Shown piece after piece: positions 36,190-50,839 of a DNA stretch of 64,000 bases. The stretch is taken from assembly GCA_030390025.1 (NCBI GenBank), contig CM059433.1, positions 4,898,001 to 4,962,000 on the forward strand, written 5' to 3'. Every line of letters starts with the position of its first letter. Position 1 is the first letter of the stretch. The notes below the pieces were generated by a model, which saw only the letters and a list, made by a program, of their open reading frames with translations, did not search any database and had not been told where the DNA came from. The translations under genes and the position numbers were made by a program. The DNA comes from Squalus acanthias (Eukaryota).

Positions 36190-39017
36190 AAAGGTCTTAA
36201 GTGTTCAAAAAACAAGCTTGAAGGCTTTGTGTCTTAATGCGAGGAGCATTCGTAATAAGGTGGATAAATTAGCTGTGCAAATGGATGTAAACGGATATGA
36301 TATAATTGGGATTACGGAGACATGACTCCAGGGTGACCAAGGCTGGGAATTCAACATCCAGGGGTATTCAATATTCAGGAAAGACAGGCAAAAAGGAAAA
36401 GGAGGTGGGGTAGCATTGCTGGTTAAAGAGGAGATTAACACAATAGTAAGGAAGAATATTAGCTCTGATGATGTGGAATCTGTATGGGTAGAGCTGAGAA
36501 ATGCCATGGGGCAGAAAACGTTAGTGGGCGTTGTATACATATCCCCAAACAGTAATGCTGAGGTTGGGGATGGCATTAAACGGGAAATTAGAGACGCGTG
36601 CAATAAGGGCACAGCAGTTATCATGGGTGACTTTTAATCTACATATAGATTGGGCTAACCAAGTTAGTAACAATACTGTGGAGGAGGAATTCCTAGAGTG
36701 TATACGGGATGGTTTTCTGGACCAATATGTCGAGGAACCAACTAGAGATCAGGCCATCTTAGACTGGGTATTATGTAATGAGAAAGGATTAATTAGCAAT
36801 CTTGTTGTGCGAGGCCCCTTGGGGAGGAGCGATCATAATATGATAGAATTCTTCATTAAGATGGAGAGTGAAGTAGTTGATTCAGAGACTAGGGTCCTGA
36901 ATTTAAATAAAGGAAGCTACGATGGTATGAGGCGCGAGTTGGCTAGGATGGATTGGGGAGCATTACTTAAAGGGTTGACGGTGGATAGGCAATGGCAAAC
37001 ATTTAAAGATCGCATGGATGAACGACAGAATTTGTTCATCCCTGTTTGGCATAAAAATAAAACAAAAAAGGTGACTCAACCGTGGCTAACAAGGGAAATT
37101 AGGGATAGCATAAGATCCAAGAAGAGGACATATAAATTGGCCAGAAAAAGCAGCAAACCTGAGAATTGGGAGCAGTTTAGGATTTAGCAAAGGCAGACAA
37201 AGGGATTAATTAAGAGGGGGGGAAAATCGATTGAGAGAGTAAGCTTGCAGGGAACATAAAAACTGACTGTAAAAGCTTCTATAGATATGTGAAGAGAAAA
37301 AGATTGGTGAAGTCAAGCGTAGGTCCCTTGCAGTCAGAATCAGGAGAATTTATAATGGGGAGCAAAGAAATGGCAGACCAATTAAATACATACTTTGGTT
37401 CTGTCTTCACAAAGGAGGACACAAATAACCTCCCAGAGATGTCGGGGAACATAGGGTCGAAGGAGAGGGAGGAACTGAATGAAATCAGTATTTGTAGGGA
37501 AATGGTGTTGGGGAAATTGACGGGATTGAAGGCCGATAAATCCCCAGGGCCTGATAATCTACATCCTAGGGTACTTAAGGAAGTGGCCCGAGAAATAGTA
37601 GATGCATTGCTGATCATCTTCCAACATTCTATAGACTCTGGAACAGTCCCCATGGATTGGAGGGTAGCTAATGTAACCCCACTATTTAAAAAAGGTGGTA
37701 GAGAGAAAACGGGGAATTATAGACCGGTAAGCCTGACATCGGTAGTGGGGAAAATGCTAGAGTCCATTATAAAAGATGTAATAGCAGAGCACTTGGAAAA
37801 CAGTGACAGGATCAGACAAAGTCAACATAGATTTACAAAAGGTAAATGCTTGACTAATCTACTGGAATTTTTTGAGGATGTAACTGGTAGGATAGATAAG
37901 GGAGAACCAGTGGATGTGGTGTATTTGGACTTTCAGAAGGCTTTCGATAAGGTCCCGCATAAGAGATTAGTGTGCAAAGTTAAAGCACATGGGATTGGGG
38001 GTAAGGTACTGACTTGGATAGAGAACTGGTTGGCAGACAGGAAGCAAAGAGTTGGAATAAACGGGTCTTTTTCCGAGTGGCAGGCAGTGACTAGTGGGGT
38101 ACCGCAGGGATCGGTGCTAGGACCCCAGCTATTCACAATATATATTAATGATCTAGACGAGGGAACTAGATGTAATATCTCCAAGTTTGCAGACGACACA
38201 AAGCTGGGTGGGCGTGTGTGCTGTGAGGAGGATGCAGAGAAACTCCAGTATGATTTGGACAGGTTGGGTGATTGGGCAGATACATGGCAAATGCAGTATA
38301 ATGTGGATAAATGCAAGGTTATCCACTTTGGTGGCAAAAACAGGAAGGCAGATTATTATCTGAATGGCAATAGATTGGAAGAAGGGGAAGTGCAACGAGA
38401 CCTGCGTGTCCTTGTGCACCAGTCGCTGAAGGTAAGCGTGCAGGTGGTTAAGAAGGCAAATGGTATGTTGGCCGTCATAGCGAGAGGATTCGAGTGCAGG
38501 AGCAAGGATGTCTTGCTGCAGTTGTACAGGGCCTTGGTGAGACCACACCTTGAGTATTGTGTGCAGTTTTGGTCGCCTTATCTGAGGAAGGATGTTCTTG
38601 CCATGGAGAGAGTGCAGCGAAGATTCACCAGACTGATACCTGCGATGGCAGAAATGACGTATGAAGAGAGATTGGGTCGATTGGGCTTGTATTTGCTAGA
38701 GTTTAGAAGAATGAGAGGGGATCTCATTTGAAACTTATAAAATTCTAACAGGACTAGACAGACTAGATGCAGGAAGGATGTTCCCGATGGCGGGGGAGTC
38801 CAGAACCAGGGGTCACAGTCTAAGGATAAGGGGTAAGCCATTTAGGACTGGGATGAGGAGGAATTTCTTCACCCAGAGAGTGGTGAACCTGTGGAATTCT
38901 CTACCACAGAAGGCAGTTGAGGCCAATTCATTAAATATCTTCAAGAAGGAGTTAGATATATTTCTTAAGGCTAAAGGGATCAAGGGATATGGGGAGAAAG
39001 TAGGGACAGGATACTGA
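36190..39017 (+). pseudogene. CR1 ORF2: APE endonuclease plus reverse transcriptase, several stops and frameshifts
   Basis: NARSIRNK, GITET, MGDF, SDHN; 480-aa RT frame 37289-38731 with [25 protein letters not shown]. Confidence 0.95.
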
Positions 39018-39114
39018 ATTTGGATGATCAGCCATGATCGCATTGCAGGCTCGAGGGGCCGAATGGCCTACTCCTGCTCCTATCGTCTATGTTTATATTT
39101 CTCCCTTTTTTACA

Positions 39115-39117
<3 letters not shown>

Positions 39118-39174
<57 letters not shown>

Positions 39175-39192
39175 CCCCCCCCCCCCCGCCCC
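39118..39192. repeat. (CT)n microsatellite followed by a poly-C run
   Basis: Read directly from the sequence. Confidence 0.95.
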
Positions 39193-39580
39193 CCTTTACT
39201 TCCCCCCTCGTCCAATTGATCTTCCTTTATCATCAGCTAACTCAGTATAGACTGGAGATCAAACCTGGAAACCTCATGGTCTGTAATGCTTTGCTGCTAA
39301 CTGGATAAACACTCTCAAGTATTGGAACATAGTCGAAATGGTTTTAGATATTGCTGTGAACATGCCGCAAGACTACAATTTTACCCAATGTTTGAAAGTG
39401 CATCTGATTAATGTTCAAACTTCACAGAAGATAAATTGGTTGACATTTTGATCGATGTATTTCACTAATATAACTGTCTCTCATCCCTTTTTGCTGTTCC
39501 CACCCTTTCTCATCGGCATTCACTTTATATGAACTGGTATGTACAGAAATAAAATACTTAACCATGTCACAAATTTTCAA

Positions 39581-39744
39581 GATGTGGAGATGCCGGTGTT
39601 GGACTGGGGTGGACAAAAAAGAGAAGTCGCACAACACCAGGTTATAGTCCAACAGTTTTATTTGAAATCACGAGCTTTCGGAGCGCTCCGAAAGCTCGTG
39701 ATTTCAAATAAAACTGTTGGACTATAACCTGGTGTTGTGCGACT
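39581..39744. mobile_element. Short fold-back insertion (family B) with 14-bp TSD
   Basis: Palindrome centred on ggagc|gctcc (39684/39685), arms ~62 bp. TSD tcacaaattttcaa at 39567-39580 and 39745-39758. Confidence 0.88.
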
Positions 39745-39937
39745 TCACAAATTTTCAAACAATAGCTTGTTGCTTAATATATGCTATTACTTGTGTGGTT
39801 TATATTATTCATAGTATCTCGTTTGAAATGAAGTGATGTTATGGTAACGTGCAAGTATTTAAGTGAAATGTGCATCTGGAAACTTCACAGTTCTTCAGAA
39901 AGGGAAGACCAAATTTGAGGATTGGTATTTCTGATTC

Positions 39938-40106
39938 TGGGGCAAATTCAGTGATGCTATGCTCCAAGTGTGATGCTCAAAGTGGGTGCAGATGAAAGAC
40001 TCTGGTGTGCAGGCCAGCACACCTGATTTGCAGGATTCTGGATTTTTGGTCTGCACCAGCTTCATGCTTCTGTTGAGTGGGGCCTTACCTTGCTGAATTT
40101 ACCTGT
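39938..40106. mobile_element. Possible small MITE
   Basis: Imperfect TIR ggggcaaattcag / ctgaatttacctg. Confidence 0.4.
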
Positions 40107-40202
40107 ATGGGTCAAGCAGTTGAAATTTACTATTTTATGTTTCCTTTCTTGAAATAGTTATTTCCCTTTTAATGTTACTTTTCACTTGTCCATATTGCAT
40201 GA

Positions 40203-40337
<135 letters not shown>

Positions 40338-40574
40338 TAAGGACTAGGCTTTATCTCTCTTCATCGGCTGTTACTGTAAATGCAGTGCTGTCTAATTCAG
40401 TCATTTTGATGCAAAGCTTCATAAACTTTGTGGTCATTTGTTGTTAAAGTGCATAAATAAAGCAGTCTGCTGAAAATATAGGACGTGATGCGAAAATATA
40501 GGAGGGAGAGAGTATTTTTTTTTAAAGAGAAAGTGATTAGCTGAACTATCCTATTGATGCATCGTATTTATAAG

Positions 40575-40990
40575 TATGCGGTGGATACTGGCAGTGATTC
40601 AGAGGAAGGTGGTTTTGAGGAACATTGTGGCACTATGGAGCAAGGGCTACCCAGGGGAGTGAGAGGCAGGTATACTGCAAGAATAGGAATCTGGTAGTAA
40701 TAGGAGATTATATAATCGGGGGAATATATGGCCTTTTGTGCATTTAACTGGGAGTCCCAAATAGAATGTGTCTCCTTGGTGCTTGGGTAAAAAAATGTCA
40801 CAGAATGGGTGGTGACGCTTCTGGGAAGGGAAGGAGAGCAGCGAAAAGTCCTGATCCATATTGAAATCAATGATGTAGATGCAAGTATTTTTGAGGTCTT
40901 GTGGAGGGAGTTTAACAAGTTGGGCACTAGACTGAGAAACATTTTAAGGGCCATCTCCGAATTGCTTCATGTGCCACTCTGCACTTCACT
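40575..40990 (+). mobile_element. Degenerate CR1 ORF1 esterase fragment in intron 2
   Basis: VVIGDYII..., VLIHIEINDV, REFNKLGTRL parallel the GDS / HIGTND / YRELG blocks of the 35 kb ORF1. Confidence 0.6.
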
Positions 40991-41106
40991 CGAACAGTTC
41001 TGTGCTTGTGCCACCATGTTGCTCCAAATAGTTAACATGTTCTTAAATTGGTGAGTGTCAAGGTTTTACATTTGTAAGATCACCTGCAGATTTAAATAAC
41101 TTTTAA

Positions 41107-41289
<183 letters not shown>

Positions 41290-42556
41290 TAAACAATGTT
41301 TTCAGTATAAGTATCAGGGCAATAATCCTATATTTGAATTTGTTTTGTGCAATCCTCTTGGATATATGAGAATGCACCAAGTAATTTGCAAACCTTTCAA
41401 AACACAACTAGAAAATTAGGTTTTTGTTCTATTTTTAGTACTCTTAAATCCATGGTCATTTATGTTCTAAAATGGTTTAGAAACTGCTCTGTTAAGTCCC
41501 AAGTTATTTCTTGTTTCATGAAGATTGCCTTCAGTATTTAGAAATGGATTGTTGTTGCACTCCCATTCACTTCGCTATCTCTTAAAGTCTGCATTCAATT
41601 TCAGATGATTGTGACCTCTCTATCTTCAAATGCAAAAATAACTAGATGCATATTGATTTTTGCCTTTATGACTCTGTGCAGAATTAATAAGGAAGTGGTT
41701 GCATGAAGCTACAAATTGCAAAGAACCTATTTAGTGACAATTATGTGAAAAATTCAGGATAGAATAGTCTTGCGTGAGCTGTAGATAGATTTGATCTTAA
41801 TCTCCAATTTACAGCATATTTGTCTGCCTTCATATACTTCTCTCACTCATTGGGACAAGCCTTGACTGCTTAATGCTTTCTCTTCAAACTTTTCTGAGAT
41901 TCATACTGTCAGCGCTGTATTTTAGTGAATTGGTAAAGTAACAAATTATAAACTGCTGCACAGAAAGTGACCGTGTAATTTAGGGTTGACTTGTAATCTG
42001 TATTTGGCGGTTTACTTTTCACTATTGAAACATTAGGCATACCTATTCTGATCACCAAACATTATGACTTGATAGTGCTTCTCTTGTGTGAGTCCATCAT
42101 GATTGTAGTGCTTGCCTGCCTGTTCTGTTTCCTCATAATAAAACCCTCTGTCTTGAAGAGGCAAATGCTAACAACTGAAATTTAGGTGGTTAGTGAATAT
42201 AGTAGTTATGGAAAGAAAATGTTTACAATTTCAATTTTGTTTCTACAAAAGTGTTTTTGTGGATTTGAATAGAGTTGACTGCTGATGTGTAGATCAAAAA
42301 ACATTTACAAACCACTGTTTATTTCCACAAATTATTTTTCTGTTTGTTGCTATAATGTACTCAAAGCAAAAGTAAGAAAACATCACTATCTAGAAGCATG
42401 CACTGAACAAACTGATATTTGAGTATCACCATTTTAGATGTGTGAGACTTTTTCCATTGTGCAATTGCAGTTTATTTCTAAGAACTAATTTGGTATTCCA
42501 GGAATAATCCCAGGCACACTAGTGAGGTCAGGAGGCTGAACATGAAGTTGCTCAAT

Positions 42557-43680
42557 TACAACAACAACTTGTATTTATATAGCGCCTTTAACGTAGTAAA
42601 CCGTCCCAAGGCATTTCACAGGAGCGATTATCAAACACAATTTGACACCAAGCCACATGAGATATTAGGGCAGATGACCAAAAGCTTGGTCAAAGAGGTA
42701 GATTGTAAGGAGCGTATCGGAGAAAAGAGAGGCAGAGAGATTTAGGGAGGGAATTCTATAGCTTAGGGCCTCGAAGTTGAAGGCACGGCTGCCAATGGTT
42801 GAGCGATTAAAATCGGGGACACGCAAGAGGCCAGAATTGGAGAAGCGCAGATATCTCGGAGGGTTGTAGGGCTGGAGGAAGTTACAGAGATAGGGAGGGG
42901 CGAGGCCATGGAAGGATTTGAAAACAAGGATGAGAATTTTAAAATCCAGGCATTGCTTAACCGGGAGCCGATGTAGGTCAGCAAACACAGGGGTGATGGG
43001 TGAACGGGACTTGGTGTGAGTTAGGACAGGGGCAGCAGATTTTTGGATGAGCTCAAGTTTGCGGGCGTGGGGGGGGGGGGGGGGTTGGAAGATGAGAGGT
43101 CGGCCAGGAGTGCGTTGGGATAGTCAAGTCTAGAGGTGACAAACACATGGATGAGGGTTTCAGCAGCAGATGAGCTGAGGCAGGGGCGGAGTCAGGCGAT
43201 GTTACGGAGGTGGAAATAGGTAATCTTAGTGATGGCACGAATAAGTGGTTGGAACCTCATCTCGGGGTCAAATACGACACCAAGGTTGCGAACAGTCTGG
43301 TTCAGCCTCAGACAGTTGACAGGGAGAGGGCTGGAGTCGGTGGCTAGGGAGCAGAGTTTGTGTCGGGGACCGAAGACAGTTGGAGGAAATTTCTGCTCAT
43401 CCAGTATTGGATGTCTGACAAGCAGTCAGACAATTTTTAGAGACAGTGGAGAGGTCGAGAGAGGTGATGGTGAGGTAGAGCTGGGTGTCGTCAGCGTACA
43501 TGTGGAACCTGACGCTGTGTTTTCGGTTGAGAAAAATGAGGGGGCCAAGAATAGATCCTTGGGGGACCCCAGAGGTAACGGTGCGGGAGCGGGACGGGAA
43601 GCCATTGCAGGTGATTCTCTGGCTACGACTAGATAGATAAGAATGGAACCAGGCGAGTGCAGTCCCACCCAGCTGGATGA
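42557..43680 (-). mobile_element. L2 LINE 3' ~1.1 kb
   Basis: Tail acaacaacaacttgtatttatatagcgcc; minus-strand YADDTQLY; reverse complement of the 33308-34345 type. Confidence 0.92.
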
Positions 43681-43793
43681 TGAAAAGTTAAAATGCTCCA
43701 AAATAACACACTGTGCTGCAAAGGAGCCCACATGTTTTGCATTTTATTGAAATATGTATCCAGAATAATAAATTAGCATTTTTTTCCTAATAG

Positions 43794-43943
<150 letters not shown>

Positions 43944-44229
43944 TGAAATATTTATAAATTGCGCATTTAATAAATTCATTTCAGGTAATTTTTGACTGAC
44001 TTTCTATCAATTAATCGCAGTATTAAAGAAACTATGAGGCTGAAACTTAATTTCCAGCACAATTGAGGTTTTTGTGCTGCCTTGCTGGTGCAAACTGTGG
44101 CAGCAGAGCAGTGCATTCAGAATTTTTACCCTAGTTTATTTGAATAAAGCTGGGGTGGGTCAGGGCCGGAAGTAGCGGTCATAAATGAAATGAAAGGAAA
44201 CCCAATCTGGAGACTCGGAACAAAAATTT

Positions 44230-44410
44230 GTCTTTCTGTTCCTCTTGACTCTGGCCCCTTGTGTGTCCCATTCTCTCTCCACCCCATCATTGGTGGCCGT
44301 GCTTTCAGCCACCCAGATCACATGGTCTGTAATTCCATTCCTAAATCCCTATGCCTCTGTACCTCCTTCTCTTCCTTTAAGATCCTCTTTAAAACACACC
44401 TCCGTGTTGT
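44230..44410 (+). mobile_element. Short L2 3' fragment
   Basis: attggtggccgtgctttcagc...ttccattcctaaa...taaaacacacctc. Confidence 0.55.
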
Positions 44411-45205
44411 CCAATAAAAATTGCTGACTCGTCACAGGTGTGGCGATGGCAATACCCTTTAAGCCACATGCACTCATTTTAGTAGAAGACGCCTTGCATC
44501 CACTCATACGATACAGGTAAACTTACTTAACGTGTACATTTACTTAACAAATACCTTGCCACCATTCAGTGACCAAGGAAGTAGAGCACTCGCAATGATC
44601 AAAAAAAACACACTCTGCTTTTTGGCTTAATGTTTTACCAATAAACGTGATTGAGTGTTGAGATCATATGCCCAACGTCAGTTTCTGTGACTCCTTTTCA
44701 TTTATTAATCAGAAATGCAATTAGCCGCACCTAGATTCCCAATTAGCCACATGTGGCTCGTGGCTTGCGTATTGAACAACACTGCTTTAGCAAAGAGCTG
44801 GTATAGCCACTCCTTATGTGATTTAAACTTCTATAGTATTAAAATACGTACATTTCAAAAGTGCCTTGTCTCAGTATGCTTCATGCAATTAGTTACATAA
44901 AAGCTTTTTTTATTTCCAAGTGCATTTAGAATTTCTATTTACACTGAGCACAGACCTGAGAGGTTATCATTAACTGATGAGGCATTGCTTAACATTTATA
45001 TCGTTGTGTTTTGTATAATGCAACATCCTTTTGCTTTTCCTTTCTTTACTGGCAATAATGTACTTTACACTATCTCGAGTGTTACTTTTGAGTCGGCTGA
45101 ATGGTCTGTGGGATATGAAATAAACAAAGATCAAACTATGAGTACTGTATGGCTTCATTAATTTTCCTAAGAAAGGCCTTCAACAAGTGTTACTGTAAAG
45201 ATATA

Positions 45206-46138
45206 GGCTGCAAAATTCGATGTTGTAGCGTTGGCCGTTCAGGCTGGTTTTGTTGAAAAAATGCCGGCTGCCTCGCTTCCGCCCGCTTCTGGCGCAGAAC
45301 ACTTTCTGGCCGGGATATCCGGGATCGAGTCATCCACCTGCAGTACCAGTGACCACAGCCCCAATTTCCCTTTCAACATTTGTCCCACACCTTACCTTCC
45401 CTCTGTTCCAGACAATCACTGTGTCCTCTTGGCCACAATGCTGAAATAAAAGCGGCCACAAAGCAAACTTTTGAATCCAACTTTATCCATATATGCGTCC
45501 AATATTACATCAAAAAATTAACTAATCACCCTTGTGCACTCCCTTAGTGATTGTCTTGTGTGTACCTTTGCCTATCCTGGTGATGTCACACAGTGCTACC
45601 CCAGTGGCTGCAACATGGCTGGTGGAAGGCTGCTGACTTTCAGTGCGGGTCACTGCAGATGACCTTGCAGGATGACCTCGATGAGCTGGTGGCTGGGAGT
45701 GTGAAATCGAGTGACGGTGTTTCTTCTTCTTCTTCTTCTTCACTCTTCTCTCCCGTTTCTTGGTCAACCACTGGCTGGGCAGGCTGAATTTCTTGGGTGT
45801 CTGAAATGAGGAAGGCACAAGGATAGGGTTGTGGTGAGGGGAGGACAGGAAAGCAAAGGGTGCATGCCTCGTGTTTGGTAGAGTTTGTTGGTAGGTGAGT
45901 GATTGGGGGGTGGGTGGGGGCAGAGGTCGTGCATTGAGCAGTGTGTGAGGCTAGTGGTGCAGTTGGTAGATGATTTTGAAGATGCATTCACTGACCTTGA
46001 CCACTTGTCTGAGGTCATGAAACTTCTTTAGCAGGCAGCACCAAATTAACACGCTGCCTGCGCTTTCTAAACGGGCGCGGGCAAATGTCGCCCCGCGGTT
46101 CCACTGCTTGATTTCAGGCCTTATCGAATTTTACCCCC
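45206..46138 (-). mobile_element. Internally deleted PIF/Harbinger-like transposon with Myb/SANT-like gene remnant
   Basis: Imperfect TIR ggctgcaaaattcgat / atcgaattttaccccc, 3-bp ata flanks. Minus strand KKFHDLRQVVK, then a GT..AG intron, then an acidic EEEEEEE segment. Confidence 0.65.
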
Positions 46139-47719
46139 ATACACTCCCTGCCGCTTGTGCTCATGCGATTTGCCCTCTTTACACATTGGGCAATTTTATA
46201 TGAAATTTAGTTAATGTTCAACATTTTTGTCTTTCCCAAACTATTAAATGCAATAAAATTCCATTGTGATTGCAAATTCACTTTCATATTTCAAGGCAAG
46301 CTTCAGTGCTTCAATAAGTCCCATTCCACTTAGAGTGGATTAAGTATGCAAGATAATTGCACTGAGCATCTATTTCTGCTAGAAATAGCCGAAATGGTGT
46401 AAGTGGCAACTTTGTAGTTGACAATAATGGTAATGGAAAATTGTTTATGCTATTTGCCTAATTTAAATGGTTGCATGATTTAAATGTCGGCTGGTTTAAG
46501 TGGTGTGGACTGCAAATAAAGCCAGAATGTAGTTACAAAGGACAATTGTTTCAATCTAGAAAAATCCTCATTTCTAATTAATTTCTAGATCTCTAAAAGC
46601 TGTATTATAGGATGTAGCTTACCAGAAGTTATTTTTTTCAATGTCTGCCGTTATGACACCACACCACAGCATCATCCTATCAGATATGTGGTATTCTGGA
46701 TACTATAACGAGTTGAGAGGAAGAAAGTGGTAATTTGAAATAGTTTTCCCTTACAGATAATGGTGATGGTAATGGTTCAGATTAAGTTGCATTTGGAAAT
46801 TTTGTATTTTTTAAAATTGCATCAAAATGAATGTATACTTCACAAAATTGATGGAAAGGAATTTTTTGGTAACACTGAAGGAAAAGTACAAAATAATATA
46901 CTGGCTTGTTAGACTGACTATATGAAATTTCTGTCGCCAATTTCTTTGCTTGGTTGAACAAAATCTAATTGTTAGTGACCAACAAACTTGTTATTTCAAA
47001 GGATTGGAAATTCTGTACTTTAGATGGAGTTCAGCTTGTTAAAGTGTTATGTCACGATAAATTTTCTTTGGTGTGAGGTAACAAAGGGTTTAAGTTTAAC
47101 CAGTACAGTTGTGCTGTCACTGGATTTTTCTGGTGCATCTAATTACAAACTGTGACCAAAAAATCCAATAATAAATAGGTATCGTATCCCCTGATGTGGG
47201 CTATAATTTCATGAGTCCCAATACTTGGGAGTTTTTTTTCCTCCACACTCTCCTTTGCCCCTCTCAACCCAGTTTATTTAACTAAGTGAATCTAATGGAT
47301 GCTGTGCAAAATTATTTGTCAGTGAGATTTTTTTTTTAATGTGTTTTTTCCCCCCTTTCCAATATTGCTCCCCCCCCCTTTCTTTCCTCTTTTGATTGGA
47401 GTGACTTATTCCATAGAAATTAACAGAACCCAATGAGGCTATTTGGTCCCTTCTGTCTGTGCTGGCCCTTTTCTAGAGCACTCTAAAACTAATCCCACTG
47501 TCTCAGTTTCTCTCTCCCTCTATTTCAAATGTTTAGCTACTTTTCCTTTAAAAGATGGAATGGTCTCTGCCTCAACCACTCCCTGTAGTAAAGCATTCCA
47601 TGCTCTAACAACCTTGTTCGTCTTCTAACCCCTCTTCACTCTCCTAAGTGTCTATTTTAAATTGATGAACCTGCTTCATTGATTGCCCAACCAGAGGAAG
47701 TATTTCCCTTTCACTCAAT

Positions 47720-48910
47720 CAAAGCCATGGCTTCACAGGTGCCGGCAGTACTACAGCACGTTGTCCAAGTGGCTATTCTTCATGTTAAGTCTAGACTCTA
47801 GCAAGTATCAACAGGCTATTCAACCATGCATTGCAACTGAGCTAAATCCTGTGCTGGCTCAACAAAGACCACATTTGAACTGCTAGCAGTCATAGAAACA
47901 TAGAAGATAGGAGCAGGAGTAGGCCATTCGGCCCCTCGAGGCTGCTCCGCCATTCAATGCGATCATGGCTGATCATCCAAATTCAGTACCCTGTCCCTGC
48001 TTTCTCCCCATATCCCTTGATCCCTTTAGCCTTAAGAAATATATCTGTCTCCTTCTTGAATATATTTAATGAATTGGCCTCAACTGCCTTCTGTGGTAGA
48101 GAATTCCACAGGTTCACCACTCTCTGGGTGAAGAAATTCCTCCTCATCTCAGTCCTAAATGGCTTACCCCTTATCCTTAGACTGTGACCCCTGGTTCTGG
48201 ACTCCCCCGCCATCGGGAACATCCTTCCTGCATCTAGTCTGTCTAGTCCTGTTAGAATTTTATAAGTTTCAATGAGATCCCCTCTCATTCTTCTAAACTC
48301 TAGCGAATATAAGCCTAATCGACCCAATCTCTCCTCATACGTCATTCCTGCCATCCCAGGTATCAGTCTGGTGAATCTTCGCTGCACTCTCTCAATGGCA
48401 AGAACATCCTTCCTCAGATAAGGCGACCAAAACTGCACACAATACTCAAGGTGTGGTCTCACCAAGGCCTTGTACAACTGCAGCAAGACATCCTTGCTCC
48501 TGTACTCGAATCCTCTCGCTATGAAGGCCAACATACCATTTGCCTTCTTAACCGCCTGCTGCACCTGCATGCTTACCTTCAACGACTGGTGCACAAGGAC
48601 TCCCAGGTCTCGTTGCACTTCCCGTTTTCCCAATCTATTGCCTTTCAGATAATAATCTGTCTTCCTGTTTTTGCCACCAAGTGGATAACCTCGCATTTAT
48701 CCACATTATACTGCATCTGCCATGCATCTGCCCAATCACCCAACCTGTCCAAATCATCCTGGAGTTTCTCTGGATCCTCCTCACAACACACACGCCCACC
48801 CAGTCCTGGTTGACCTCAGCTTAAATCACCTCAGCCATGGATTGAACCGAACACTTTCTTGGTCTGTGTTATTAACCCACTTGCAGAAAATGTATTTACT
48901 CACTGGCATC
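47720..48910 (-). mobile_element. Old SINE-like element split by a young CR1
   Basis: ccaagtggctattcttcatgt... on the left; ...cctggttgacctcagc...ggattgaaccga...ggtctgtgt on the right. Confidence 0.4.
47891..48800 (-). mobile_element. Young CR1 3' ~900 bp, same subfamily as the full-length copy
   Basis: 237-aa open frame 47983-48696 is nearly identical to 38330-39017; tail catagaaacatagaa. Confidence 0.95.
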
Positions 48911-49131
48911 AGGGAGCTAATTTTACAGTTTCTAAATAGAAGTTTAAGGGGTATTAAATACAATTGAAAAATGATATCCAATTTCCTCATGGGAATAGGG
49001 TGTGGGTATGTATGATGGAGTATTTTAGGCCAAATGCTAAAAATAGTTGTTCATACAGTTTTGTTTAGTAGCACTGCTGGTGAACAGAGTGTGCACAAAT
49101 AATTTCCCATTAATAAAAAAAATTGTTATAA

Positions 49132-49419
<288 letters not shown>

Positions 49420-50599
49420 TAACAAGCAACGAAAAGATATAAAAAGAGTGTTTTAACATAGTTTCTGGAAAAACTCGTTTTCTAACATAAACATGCTTTA
49501 AATTTTTTGCCATTGTGCACAGAAGATTTTTGTTTGTTGTACTACAGTCTTATTTTTACCAGTGTATAATTTACTAATCAGCATGGTTTTCTAAAAATGT
49601 CCATATTTTAATAATTGTCTTGCTATTGGTTTGCAAAGAATATTAACTGTTTCATCTTTTGTTGAGTTCAAAATGTAACTTCATTACTTTTCTTTAATTC
49701 CCATCTGCTAATTTCTGCTTTTTCTTGAAGTTTCCATTTCATTTTGCTGGTTTCTGTCTATGCCAGCTGTTTCCTGCTGTTAGATTGTTGTCATGTATGA
49801 TGACATTTTATATTTGTACTTGATCTGTCATTCATGTTTCCATGTCCCTCAAAATTGGCAGGGTAACCAAAATTTCCATGCAGTAGCAGTCATTATGGAG
49901 AAACAACTGACTTATTTTGTAGTGCTTTTATTGCATAATTGTTCATTTGTCTTGACTTTGAGGGTTGTTGTATTATCATGGAATTAAACCCTGATGTTAT
50001 GCTTGGCTTTCAATACCAAAGCAAGAACTGTATTGTATATCATTTAATTCTGCATGAACAGTTAATTGGTTTTGTGGAAATCTAGACATCTAGTTATAGC
50101 TAACTTTTTGTTTAAATCTGGAGTTCTGATTTATTGATGCATGCTTTCATTCCAGTCTTTGAATGTAGAAGCAAATGATTGACTTGAGTTCTTTTTCTGA
50201 ATATCTAATCAGTTCTTTTGGCGCCCTCTTTCTTCTGCAAAGCAAAAGACAATGCCCTTTGGCAATTGTATGTAGATAATTTCTCATTGCAAGTCATCGA
50301 AGTCACACATTTTGCTGGGGGGAAAAATTATTTCAAACAAATGTGGATAAACCATGTGACAAGTTTGTTCATAAGTTATTCATAATTTGATAAATTGGCA
50401 ACACAGTTTATTGTAAACTTATGTCTTTTATTAGACAATTGCCGTATATTGGCTTCCAATTCTGTCAGACTACATTTTGCACTAAATCAAGGATGTTCAT
50501 TAAAATGCAGATCTTCTAGAAAATGCAAAATGTTTGGGTCCCACGGACTGCATTGTAACGGTGACAGTGCATTTAAAAACTTACTTCAAAACATGATAA

Positions 50600-50839
<240 letters not shown>

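Larger units (their letters stand above)
34660..39093 (+). mobile_element. Near full-length CR1 (HER1-like) LINE, ~4.4 kb
   Basis: GC-rich 5' UTR, ORF1, ORF2 and 3' UTR ending ctcctgctcctatcgtctatgttt. The 5' boundary is approximate. Confidence 0.95.

Noticed and set aside
37279..39043. Minus-strand ORFs of 76-134 aa
   Set aside because: Antisense shadows of CR1 ORF2; the same peptides recur at other CR1 copies.
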